A stretch of 64,000 nucleotides of DNA from Promethearchaeia archaeon (GTDB lineage Archaea; Asgardarchaeota; Lokiarchaeia; Sigyniarchaeales; SOKP01). Where the stretch lies: positions 96,001 through 160,000 of the forward strand of contig JAHQWK010000002.1 in NCBI GenBank assembly GCA_029856145.1, read 5' to 3'. Position 1 is the stretch's first letter; each line of letters starts with the position of its first letter. The notes under the pieces are model-generated. The model worked only from the letters and a program-made list of their open reading frames with translations, did not search any database and was not told where the DNA came from. This document shows positions 52,922 through 62,680 of this stretch, one piece after another. Position numbers and translations under genes: made by a program.

Positions 52922-54580
52922 TTGATTGGTTTACTCCTCGTACGGTTTGATCCTCTGTTTGGACCAAACATATTTTTAAAGGCACCAGAATCTTTAGATG
53001 AGGAACTTATACAAGATATTCCCTCATTAATAGAACTCCCTACAAAAGGAGTATTTATTCACATATTTAAGGAGATTAAAACAGCTAATTTATTCTTTAA
53101 ACAACCTAATAAGTTTGCTCGAGGAGGATATGAAAGTTTTTTAATCACAATTATTACCGATAGTAAAACTCAAATTAGTTTAATGCTCGCAAATAAGCTT
53201 CTTGAAGGTTTTGCTAATTATCTTATAAATCTTAAAGATGCTTACCTTGCCTTTGATTATGAACCTAAAGATCATAAAGCAGATCTGGATAAAATGAAGG
53301 TAATTGAGAGCTTCTTTTTTTCTTATTTTGAGTCTATTAAACCGGTGATTAAAACTTTAGAAATGGCAGAACAACGATATCAAACTCTATTTCAAGCAGC
53401 CCGGGATGCCATTTTCATAGTAAAACGTGATACAGGAGTTATTGTTGATGTTAATTTAGAAGCAGAAAGATTAGTGGAAAAAACTAAAGATGAAATTGTC
53501 GGTAATAAAGCATTAGAACTTGACTTATTTGATGAGGGATTAGTAGATCCAGACATGGTCCAACATTTAGTTAATCAACCACCGCCTATTATTTCAAGAA
53601 TGAAGAAATCAAGTAGAAAGCAATTATATTTAGAAGTTAATATAAATGAGATTGAGCTAGGAGATGATTTTTTTATCCAATATCTTTTTCATGATCTATC
53701 TGATATTCATGTAGTAGAAGAGAAACTTAAAGAACATGCAAGAAAAATAGAAACGTTAAATAAATTCATTAGTATCGCGAATCAAGCCAATGATCTTAAA
53801 GATCTATTGAAAAAAACTGTAGATTATTTCATTGATTTTTTAAGCTTAAAGGGATGTTGTATATATCTAGTTGATAAGACACAAAATATTGCTAGAATTA
53901 AGGCCCATAAAGACCTTCCACAATTCTTTTTTGAACAAAATGATAATTTAAGGGCTACTGAAAATCCTTATGATATTGTTTTTACAAAAGGAGTAGCGCT
54001 TTTTAATGAAAATTTTCCAGAAATCATCAGAAAATTCTTTAAAGGGATTGAATCTATTTCTGGCGCTGTAATCCCCTTATTTTCAAAATTCGAGATAATC
54101 GGCTCGATAAATATGATTTTAAATCGAAAAAAACCCCTATCTGTCGAAGAAATGGAATTAATAATTACAATTGCCCTGGAAATCGGAGCAGCCATCGAAA
54201 AAATGCAAAATCAAGAAAATTTGAAACTTAGTGAAGCAAAAAATACAATTTTACTTAATCATATCCCCTTCTCTATTTTTAGAATCTCTATAGATGGGAT
54301 TTTTCAAGATATAAAGTTGGATAAAAAAATTAAGAAAGTATTTGAGATAAGTACATATCCTCGGAATCTCATCGGAAGAAGTATAAATGAGATTTTATCT
54401 GATGAAATTGCTGAAGAGGCACTAAATAATATAGAAAAAGCTTTAGAAACTCAAAAATCAGTAGAAATGAGATTTATTATACCCTATCAAGATAATCAGA
54501 TAATATTTCGTTCTGATATTATTCCTATTGGGAAAAATGAGGTATTAGTATTTCTACAAAATTTAACTAGAACCTGGTAA
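52922..54580 (+). CDS. Longin/uDENN (FLCN/NPRL2-like) domain fused to PAS-GAF-PAS
   Basis: LVRFDPLFGPN and FFKQPNKFARGG; YQTLFQAARDAIF...VN (PAS); IPLFSKFEIIGSIN (GAF); ILLNHIP..IFRIS.DG (PAS); no kinase domain. Confidence 0.8.
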   Translation: MIGLLLVRFDPLFGPNIFLKAPESLDEELIQDIPSLIELPTKGVFIHIFKEIKTANLFFKQPNKFARGGYESFLITIITDSKTQISLMLANKLLEGFANYLINLKDAYLAFDYEPKDHKADLDKMKVIESFFFSYFESIKPVIKTLEMAEQRYQTLFQAARDAIFIVKRDTGVIVDVNLEAERLVEKTKDEIVGNKALELDLFDEGLVDPDMVQHLVNQPPPIISRMKKSSRKQLYLEVNINEIELGDDFFIQYLFHDLSDIHVVEEKLKEHARKIETLNKFISIANQANDLKDLLKKTVDYFIDFLSLKGCCIYLVDKTQNIARIKAHKDLPQFFFEQNDNLRATENPYDIVFTKGVALFNENFPEIIRKFFKGIESISGAVIPLFSKFEIIGSINMILNRKKPLSVEEMELIITIALEIGAAIEKMQNQENLKLSEAKNTILLNHIPFSIFRISIDGIFQDIKLDKKIKKVFEISTYPRNLIGRSINEILSDEIAEEALNNIEKALETQKSVEMRFIIPYQDNQIIFRSDIIPIGKNEVLVFLQNLTRTW

Positions 54581-55618
54581 TTAACTTAAAATCGTTCGTA
54601 ATTTTTCAGCTTTCTCTAGTAATTCTATTGAAAGTGAATCATCTCCTAATTCAAGACAAATATTACTTATTTTTTCGAAAAGATTAATAGTTTCACTAAA
54701 TTCGCCCTGTTCCAAAGCTTTCTGAGCTTTATCCATTAAAATGTCTCTATCAAAAATTGGTTTTAGTAAGGGTGAGACTTGTGTATCCATATCTAAAAGA
54801 TCAGCTATAATACGGATCATTTTTGGTCTATTATTTGGGTCAATAGCTATGAAAGAGTAAGTTTTTTGACCCATTAATCGCTCAATATCCTCAATTTTCA
54901 TAGCGCTAGACAAATCTTGCTTGTTTGCGATAACTGCTAACCGAGCATAAGGTACTACTTTATTCACTAATTCAAAAAAGTATCTACTCTTTTCGAGATT
55001 TTCTAAAGTTGAATCCGTCATTAAAAGAACAGCATCACTACCTCTTATAAATTTCTCCCAAAGAAAGTCAAATTGGTCTTGTCCTGCAAAATCCCATAAA
55101 TAGAAGTGTAATTTTCCAATTTTTATAGTTGCAACTTCACCTGTAATCGTAGGTATATGTTGCATTGGAATTTCCTCTGATTTTATTAGTTTGGTGGTGG
55201 TTGTCTTTCCAACTCCAGAAAATCCAATAATTGATAGTTTTGCTTTTAAATTTCTATGAATTGTATCGACTATAGGATCAAACACATCATGTATTATATT
55301 AATGTTGCTTTCTTTGAGGATATCACCATAGATATCGAGAAATTTTTTTTTAAAGCTATGTAATTGTAGTTCAATATTCTTAAATTCGTCTCCTAGTCCA
55401 GTTACAAAAAGAAATATAATACTTAAATCTTTATCCACAATATATGAAAGTTTAAGCTTAAAAAAATCGTAAGATGCAGTTTCTTCAGCAAATTTTGAAA
55501 AAGCTGACTTTTTTACATTTAAATAGACATTCGTAAAGAGAGAATCATCTAAACCTTTAGCATAGTTCCGTTGGTAAATAATAATATCATTTAAAATTAT
55601 ATAGACTTGTCTAAGCAT
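54581..55618 (-). CDS. Longin-fused small GTPase (Arf/Rab-like) with helical C-terminus
   Basis: GFSGVGKTT, PTI, WDFAGQ, NKQD; longin-like N-terminal 120 aa. Confidence 0.9.
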   Translation of the reverse strand: MLRQVYIILNDIIIYQRNYAKGLDDSLFTNVYLNVKKSAFSKFAEETASYDFFKLKLSYIVDKDLSIIFLFVTGLGDEFKNIELQLHSFKKKFLDIYGDILKESNINIIHDVFDPIVDTIHRNLKAKLSIIGFSGVGKTTTTKLIKSEEIPMQHIPTITGEVATIKIGKLHFYLWDFAGQDQFDFLWEKFIRGSDAVLLMTDSTLENLEKSRYFFELVNKVVPYARLAVIANKQDLSSAMKIEDIERLMGQKTYSFIAIDPNNRPKMIRIIADLLDMDTQVSPLLKPIFDRDILMDKAQKALEQGEFSETINLFEKISNICLELGDDSLSIELLEKAEKLRTILS

Positions 55619-55644
55619 ATCTATTTTCTAAGATTTTATTTTTA

Positions 55645-56559
55645 TTAAGTATAATATTGACCTAATTCTTCTTTTACCTCATCGATCAACTTATTTAGGT
55701 CCTTCTCCTCTAAAGTTTCAGAAAAAAAGAGAATATCTTTAAAATTTGAATGGTAGTTACTGATATTCTCCCCTAACATATATAATATTTTAGACCCTGC
55801 GTTTATAAACTTACTTTTTGAAAGGGGTTCTTCAGGTGATTTACTTAATTTATAGATTGCTTCATATAAATAGTAAAGGATACTTGTATCAAAATCAGAA
55901 GAACTAACTTGAATAATGAGGTTGTTATCTTGATTAGAAACAACACAGATCGTTTTAGATAAACCATTAATAATCTTTTTAATAAGTTTCTTTAAATTTG
56001 AAGAATCTCTTGAATAATTACTGAAAATATCTGAAATAGCATTATAAACAGTGAATATTAAATTAGGATGTAAACTAGTAAAATAAATCGGTAATTCTTC
56101 AGAAAGATTTAATTGTCTTATTACTTGTCTTTTAATTAGCGCGAGCATGCTACCGATTTTTTTATTAATTAAAAGATCTATTTTATGAAGAAATAGGATA
56201 ATTTTGGCATCAAATTCTTGTTTTTTCTTAATTTCATATATTTTTTTAATATCATCAATAATATCTTGAGAATTTTCAATCCAGCTAGGATAATCGAATA
56301 TATATATAATAGCGCTAGTATCTCCAAATGTTAAGATTTGTCTTTGTTCATCTTCCAATAATAAAGGAAGGGATTGACCTGGTGAATCTAATAAACTAAT
56401 TTTTAGATTCATAAAGTCAGGTACAGAATACTTAATTCCTATTGTAGCCTCGAGAGGAAATATTACTAACTCATTCGGGTCTTCTCCTTCAAAAATTACT
56501 TTTTTAATCGTGGTTTTACCTACTTCCGGTTTTCCTACCATTGAGATTTTAGTTGCCAT
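55645..56559 (-). CDS. Rag/Gtr-like small GTPase with C-terminal roadblock-like domain
   Basis: GKPEVGKTT..VIF, LEAT, DSPGQ, IYIFD, HKID (Rag-type G4), FTSL. Confidence 0.85.
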   Translation of the reverse strand: MATKISMVGKPEVGKTTIKKVIFEGEDPNELVIFPLEATIGIKYSVPDFMNLKISLLDSPGQSLPLLLEDEQRQILTFGDTSAIIYIFDYPSWIENSQDIIDDIKKIYEIKKKQEFDAKIILFLHKIDLLINKKIGSMLALIKRQVIRQLNLSEELPIYFTSLHPNLIFTVYNAISDIFSNYSRDSSNLKKLIKKIINGLSKTICVVSNQDNNLIIQVSSSDFDTSILYYLYEAIYKLSKSPEEPLSKSKFINAGSKILYMLGENISNYHSNFKDILFFSETLEEKDLNKLIDEVKEELGQYYT

Positions 56560-56679
56560 AGTGATACCTCCTTTTTTTTAAATAAATAAACAGTTCTTTT
56601 TATAATCAAATAAAAAAAAATATATTTAAACTTGAGTGTATGAAAAAACTAAAGCCTTATTTTTAATAGAATTTGTCAT

Positions 56680-57112
56680 TTATATCCTAAAGGCTATTAA
56701 ATCGATAATATCAATTAATTTTATTTTTTCTTGAATCTCTGATCCTATTTCTTTATATGCATCACTTAAATTTCCTATGCAGAAAGGACAACTAGTGGTT
56801 AATATCTCAGCTCCCGATTCTACTGCTTCTCTAATTCTCTCTTTTGAAATCTCTATCGCTAAATCTGCAAATTGGCTTAGCACCACTAAATTCTCCAGCA
56901 CCTCCACCTCGAGGAATAACAGGGATATTTTCTTGGTTTGCTACTTTGAGAATCTCGGAGATTTCTTGTGCATCCTTGGGACGAATAACTATCTCGGGAA
57001 CACCTTGTAGAAGAGGGTCAACAGTTCTCGAATAAGCATGACGAACATAAATATCATTGGAAATAAATTTATCTGAAACAATTTTTTCTAATTTGTTATA
57101 GATATCTGACAT
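56680..57112 (-). pseudogene. Deletion remnant joining an FAD-binding oxidoreductase (GlcD-like) 5' end to a CCG-domain Fe-S protein (GlcF/HdrD-like) 3' end
   Basis: PEIVIRP...PVIPRGGG then, in another frame from about 56870, RIREAVESGAEILTTSCPFC..NL. Confidence 0.82.
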
Positions 57113-57256
57113 TTCTGTATTATCTCATCAAATTTTTATTAAAACAATTTATAATAGAAACATTGAAGTACTTAAATATATTCCAAGATAAAGTAAAGTT
57201 ATAAATTTAAAAGAAAACCGTAAATCTAAACAAATATGCAGTTAAAGGTGTAAGAA

Positions 57257-57541
57257 ATTTATTACCGAGGGTACATTTTAATTCGGTTGAAAGCAATTGG
57301 TACTGAATGGAAAGTTGTAGATAAATTAACTAATTTAAAATCTGCAGAACCAGACGAGGATTGGAAAATTACGTATGTCACTCCAATTTATGGAGGTTGG
57401 GACGTTATGGTTGAATGCTCTTTTTCTAAACTAAGAGATATAGATAAAATTGTCACTTACTGTAGAATGGATAAAGATTTATCCCAGTGGATTGAAGAAA
57501 CTACTACTCTTATGGGCTCCAAAAATGATTACCCTGGCTGA
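57257..57541 (+). CDS. Lrp/AsnC ligand-binding-like small protein; probable ATT start
   Basis: YYRGYILIRLK first strand lies upstream of TTG 57287; PIYGGWDVMVE...ETTTL. Confidence 0.75.
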   Translation: MYYRGYILIRLKAIGTEWKVVDKLTNLKSAEPDEDWKITYVTPIYGGWDVMVECSFSKLRDIDKIVTYCRMDKDLSQWIEETTTLMGSKNDYPG

Positions 57542-57676
57542 GTTTCCTTCTTGATGTAATTTGAAATAAAAAGTAAATTTTTTATAAATAGAATCTTTTC
57601 ATATTCAATTTGGTATTGAATGTAATTCAAACTCTAACTTTTAAATAATAATATAGGAAATTAGGTTAGTAGGTCA

Positions 57677-58264
57677 TTGGAAAATTCAAATAAATACATA
57701 ATTATTGGAGTCATATCTACATTTTTATTTATCCCAATACTTTTTGGAGTTTATGTTCAATATATTTTTGTTAGAGAATTTGATCCTTTCTTAATTCTTT
57801 TTTTTTTATTTGGTCTACTTATACTTTTAACTATAGGAAAGTTAATTGAAATTTTTATTTTTAATAATGATAGCATTGAACTGATGCGAAAACACGATGT
57901 TATGAACGCATTAATTAACAGAAATAATAGAATAGTTATATGGTTATTTTTTCCTTTAACAATGATAATGGAAGAATTGATTTTTAGGTACTATTTAATT
58001 GGTTTCTTGAGTGATTCATTAAATTTAGACGTTATTTCTGTTATATTTATTTCAAGCTTAATTTTTTCATTATATCATATCCACACATGGTTTTCATTTA
58101 AAAATTTAACATTTTTACTAATAAACTTGGTATATCCATTCTTAATGGGATTATACATCGGTTATATATTCTTAAATTTAGGGATTATACCTTGTATACT
58201 AATCCATTATATTTTATCGTTCTATTTATACTATAATATATACAGAAGATACTTTAGAACTTAA
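57677..58264 (+). CDS. CPBP/Abi intramembrane protease
   Basis: MEELIFR, FSLYH, ILIH. Confidence 0.88.
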   Translation: MENSNKYIIIGVISTFLFIPILFGVYVQYIFVREFDPFLILFFLFGLLILLTIGKLIEIFIFNNDSIELMRKHDVMNALINRNNRIVIWLFFPLTMIMEELIFRYYLIGFLSDSLNLDVISVIFISSLIFSLYHIHTWFSFKNLTFLLINLVYPFLMGLYIGYIFLNLGIIPCILIHYILSFYLYYNIYRRYFRT

Positions 58265-58284
58265 AATAAAAAAGAGTTATTAAA

Positions 58285-60012
58285 TTACATTTTTCTTAGG
58301 GCTTTTTTATCGATTTTACCAACCGCAGTCAATGGTAACTGATCTGAAATTTCAATAAATTTAGGCACCTTATATTTCGCAAGGCTTTCTTGAGCATACT
58401 TTAAAATATCTTCTTTTATTTCTTCATTTGCCTCATATCCCTTTTTCAAAAGCACGTGTAATTTAACTAATTCAGATCCTGGACGATCTGGGTCAGGAAT
58501 TCCGATACACGAACATAGCTCAATTGCAGGATGTTTATTCATTTTATTATCGACTTCAACGCTAAACACTTTATAGCCTGAGACGATTATCATATCTTTT
58601 GTACGATCTACGATTTTTATATAGCCATCCTCGTCCATTATTCCTACATCTCCCGAATAAAACCATTCATCTTTAAGGGCTTTATTAGTTTCTTCTGTTT
58701 TTTTCCAATATCCCTTAAATATTTGAGGACCTTTAATAACAACCTCACCGGGTTCGTTAATAGGGGCTTCTTTACTTTTATCTGAGACATTTACAATTTT
58801 AACCTCAGTGTTTGAAACAGGGAGTCCCACCGTGCCTATTTTTCTTGTTCCCAGATATGGATTAAGGGTTACAATAGGAGATGCTTCTGTCATACCATAT
58901 ACCTCTAATAATTTATGTTTACCTACGACATCTTCAAATTCTCTTATACTTTCAGCAGGAAAAGGTGCTGCTCCTGAAACATAGAGTTTGAAAGAACTTA
59001 AATCTGCTTTTTTAAATTTTCGATTTTTTAGAAGCATTAAATAAAGAGTAGGAACATTTGCCATAAAGCTTGGATGATATTCAATAATTTTATTCGCAAT
59101 ATAATTTACATCTCTAGGATCTGGAATTAAAAGTTGAGTAGCACCATAGTGTACTGCGCCAAGATTGAAAAACATACCTGCTAAATGGAATAAAGGAAAT
59201 CCTGAAATGAATATCTCCTTTCCTTTTATGAAATCAATTTCCCATTGGTGTACTACTTGTTGGAGGTTAATTATCTCATTCGCATGAGTCAATATAGCAC
59301 CCTTTGGAGGTCCAGTAGTGCCACCAGTATATTGAAGAAACGCAAAATCTTCATGAGGATCTATTTTAACATTAGGAGATTTATCATCTGGATAGTTTGA
59401 TAATAATTCTTTAAATGTAAAGAATTTTATTCCATCTAATGGAATTACCTCTCCAAAAGGTACTTTTCCTATTTTTATTAATTGTTCTTTCATAGAAGGA
59501 TCTATATCTAAGGTATCAGCAACATTAGTGGTTATTACGATTTTAATGTCAGTTTTACCAGAAGAGAGAGCTTTTCGGACGCTTTGTTCATAGAAAGAAT
59601 CTAACGTTACTAAAGCAACAGCTCCGCTATCTTTCAATTGATATATTATCTCATTAGGTTGTAATAGAAAATTCATTCCTGTGGAGGTACAACCAGCATA
59701 AAATGTTCCATATAACGCAATAATATACTGAGGAATGTTAGGTAAATGAATAGCAATTCTATCTCCCTTTTTCAAGCCATTCTGAAGAAAAAAGTTAGCA
59801 AAACAATTTATTCTTTTTTCTATTTCTTTAAAAGTATAGATAGTTCCTTGAAGATCGCAACATATATTATCTGGAAAATCATTTACAGATCTTTTCATCG
59901 AATCTGCTAAAGATATTATCTCGAAGTCAATCTCTGGCGTTACATGATCATCATATGATTTTTTCCAAATTTTAGACGAATAAGGGCTGCTTTCCATCCA
60001 TTTTTCTGTCAT
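58285..60012 (-). CDS. Long-chain fatty acid--CoA ligase
   Basis: YTGGTTGPPKG, YGMTE, SGD, DRTKD, GKIDK. Confidence 0.94.
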   Translation of the reverse strand: MTEKWMESSPYSSKIWKKSYDDHVTPEIDFEIISLADSMKRSVNDFPDNICCDLQGTIYTFKEIEKRINCFANFFLQNGLKKGDRIAIHLPNIPQYIIALYGTFYAGCTSTGMNFLLQPNEIIYQLKDSGAVALVTLDSFYEQSVRKALSSGKTDIKIVITTNVADTLDIDPSMKEQLIKIGKVPFGEVIPLDGIKFFTFKELLSNYPDDKSPNVKIDPHEDFAFLQYTGGTTGPPKGAILTHANEIINLQQVVHQWEIDFIKGKEIFISGFPLFHLAGMFFNLGAVHYGATQLLIPDPRDVNYIANKIIEYHPSFMANVPTLYLMLLKNRKFKKADLSSFKLYVSGAAPFPAESIREFEDVVGKHKLLEVYGMTEASPIVTLNPYLGTRKIGTVGLPVSNTEVKIVNVSDKSKEAPINEPGEVVIKGPQIFKGYWKKTEETNKALKDEWFYSGDVGIMDEDGYIKIVDRTKDMIIVSGYKVFSVEVDNKMNKHPAIELCSCIGIPDPDRPGSELVKLHVLLKKGYEANEEIKEDILKYAQESLAKYKVPKFIEISDQLPLTAVGKIDKKALRKM

Positions 60013-60189
60013 ATTTGATCAAATTAAAGATTTTTTAATCAGATTTAACTAATTTTAATAGTATTCTTATTGTCAGATCTATATTTAAAATTAATTTTTT
60101 AATTTTGAATGGAATTTAAGAAAAGATATATTTTTTTACAGTTTTTTATTAAATAGATTTCATTATTCAGTTGTCTTGAAAGAATTTTT

Positions 60190-61056
60190 ATGAAAGTTTA
60201 TTTCCGAGAACTAACCGTTGAAGACATTCCTGCTATTAAAGATATTAGCAAAGACATTTGGGATGGAGATGATTATATCCCGTATGTTATAGATGAGTGG
60301 CTCCAAGATAAAAATAGCATGAATTATGGAACTTTTAAAGATGAAAATAAAACAAAATTAATTGGATTCGGAAGAGTGAAGATATTTAATAATGATCTTG
60401 CATGGTTGGAAGGAGGAAGAATAAAAGCATCTTATCAAGGCAAGGGCATTGGCAAATTACAGCTGGGATATGCGGTGGAATATGCTAGTAAAATAGGGGT
60501 TAAAGTAGCTCAGTATGATACAGCATCCGATAATTTCGCCTCAATTTCTCTTGCAAAATATTACGGTTTTAAACATAAAAAATGCATGGATCTCGTTATA
60601 GTGAATTCAGATGAGATAAAATTTATTAAAAAAATATCTCCTAAAGTTGATAAACTAGCGGCGAAAGATGTAAAAGATATCTATAAGAAATTTGATATTG
60701 GCCCTGGAGACGAAATCTGTATAGGGTGGTCTTATATTCCATTAAAATATATAACTGATGATCATGGCTCATGGATATACAATAGAGATGCTATTTTACA
60801 AAAAATTGAATTTGGAAAATCTCATGATTACGAACTTCCATCAGAAAAAGAAGTTTGGATGATTGTCTATGGAAAACCAAAGGCAGCATATGAATTAATT
60901 CAATATACAATTCAAAAAGAGCTTGAATCTAAAGAGACTAAAAATTTTGAGGTTTTTTGTAGACCTGAATTAGTAGATCTCATAAAAGAAATGGGATTTA
61001 AATATTATGAAGATGAACGTTTTGGTGTCATCTTATTTGAAAAAGCATTTAGTTGA
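60190..61056 (+). CDS. GNAT-family acetyltransferase
   Basis: DYIP...W, WLEGGRI...YQGKGIG. Confidence 0.9.
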   Translation: MKVYFRELTVEDIPAIKDISKDIWDGDDYIPYVIDEWLQDKNSMNYGTFKDENKTKLIGFGRVKIFNNDLAWLEGGRIKASYQGKGIGKLQLGYAVEYASKIGVKVAQYDTASDNFASISLAKYYGFKHKKCMDLVIVNSDEIKFIKKISPKVDKLAAKDVKDIYKKFDIGPGDEICIGWSYIPLKYITDDHGSWIYNRDAILQKIEFGKSHDYELPSEKEVWMIVYGKPKAAYELIQYTIQKELESKETKNFEVFCRPELVDLIKEMGFKYYEDERFGVILFEKAFS

Positions 61057-61880
61057 GAATATTCTTTCAATATTTCATCTGGCGGAATATATCCTCTAAT
61101 TGTTTTTGGACCTTTAAAATATTTTACCTTTGGCAATAATTTAAAATAGAGTGCATTATTAGGACAATTTCTTAAACACCGAAAACATAAAATGCATTTC
61201 TTATGATTAATAACAGGGATAGTCTTGAAAAATATAGCATTTGTAGGACAACCTTTTTCACATGCTTTACAGGCTATACATTCACTACGATTATAACCAA
61301 TTAAATAACTTGCATATTTATAAAATAGTTTTTCTAATTTTTGAAAATAAGCTCTAATGACTGAGCCAAATAATGTTGAGTTAGACCAATCTAAAACTCC
61401 TTCCTCAGTTTTAATTGTTATTGCTAGCTTAATTCCAAATTGAAAAATTTTATCTATTTTTTTTCTCGACCACTTAACATATTTAAAATATTTTGACTCG
61501 AACACTGAATCTCTTGTTGGAACAATGACCTCAATTGCACCTATAAATTTAAAATTCTTTTTTTCTAAAATTTTCTTAATTTGCTTGATAGATGGCCCAG
61601 GTAACCCTGCATTAGTATCAAATAAGAAGAATTTAACCTTTTTTTTTACCATAGGTAGTTTTTTAATCCACTCAAGCATATTTAAAGTAAAGGTCATAAC
61701 ATAAATAGGAGCTCCAATACCTAAAACTTCAATCTCTTCAAAGTTTAAATTATTTCGTTTAAGAGAATTAAAAGGGACCAATTCAGGTTCAAGATTAGCA
61801 CATATTAACCCATTTTTAATTAGTTGTGCTACATACTTGGTGTTTCCAGAAGAAGAGAAATAAATTATAGGGATTTTCAT
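61005..61880 (-). CDS. Flavodoxin-ferredoxin fusion (EFR1-like)
   Basis: YFSSSGNT; CIACKAC...CP; CILCFRC...CP. Confidence 0.9.
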   Translation of the reverse strand: MKIPIIYFSSSGNTKYVAQLIKNGLICANLEPELVPFNSLKRNNLNFEEIEVLGIGAPIYVMTFTLNMLEWIKKLPMVKKKVKFFLFDTNAGLPGPSIKQIKKILEKKNFKFIGAIEVIVPTRDSVFESKYFKYVKWSRKKIDKIFQFGIKLAITIKTEEGVLDWSNSTLFGSVIRAYFQKLEKLFYKYASYLIGYNRSECIACKACEKGCPTNAIFFKTIPVINHKKCILCFRCLRNCPNNALYFKLLPKVKYFKGPKTIRGYIPPDEILKEYSQLNAFSNKMTPKRSSS

Positions 61881-62014
61881 AGTCTAAATAGAAAAGTATA
61901 GAAATCTATAAATTTTTTTTGGAAAATCCTATAATGCAGTATAAAACACAGGAAATAGTATTTATTCCTAAAGATTTAGGTTATAATAAAAATAAAAAAG
62001 AATAAAAAAAATTA

Positions 62015-62533
62015 TTAACTTTCAATACTCATTTGGTATTCTTGAGTCTTCTTGCTCCCGCAATGAATACAGTAAGCAACTCCTGTTTCTGTTAACGAAT
62101 GAAGCATCGTATCTGTAAATCTGCTTCCACATTCACTACAAAAAGTAACTTCAGGCCGAACTAATTGAGAGCTTTTTTGAATTGGTACTATTGGCTCTTC
62201 TTCTTTAACTTGAGGTGCTTGTTGCTGTTGCGGTGCTTGTTGTGGTGTTTCCGTATTAGATTGAGGTTTAGGTTTTCCCGAAATTGCGTAATATAATCCT
62301 TCAAACAATTTGTAAAATAGAAGGCCAATTCCTTTTAAAAGGTAATATACTCCTTTAAGTAAATAGTAAACTAAGTAACCTACACCTTTCAAGATGTAAT
62401 AAACTAAAATTACAGCAAGAACTAGTACTGCAAAAACACCAATCAAGACAAGAACTTGCGCAAAGATTGGTTGTGCTAAAAACCAATTAACAATTTCTTG
62501 CCAAGCTATACCAAAAACATTAATATCTACCAT
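62015..62533 (-). CDS. Membrane protein with Q/P-rich linker and C-terminal zinc ribbon
   Basis: TM helix, YYxLKG repeats, FCSECG...YCIHCG. Confidence 0.8.
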   Translation of the reverse strand: MVDINVFGIAWQEIVNWFLAQPIFAQVLVLIGVFAVLVLAVILVYYILKGVGYLVYYLLKGVYYLLKGIGLLFYKLFEGLYYAISGKPKPQSNTETPQQAPQQQQAPQVKEEEPIVPIQKSSQLVRPEVTFCSECGSRFTDTMLHSLTETGVAYCIHCGSKKTQEYQMSIES

Positions 62534-62680
62534 ATTTTTATCACTCTAATTGTATTATTTTTACTTAATTATGGGGAGATTTTACTCGAATTAAAAAAAT
62601 TTGGAGTCCAATTTTTAAAGTTAGTAACTAACAATTTCTTAAAAATTGATATGAAATGGGATAACACACAAAACAGAAAA

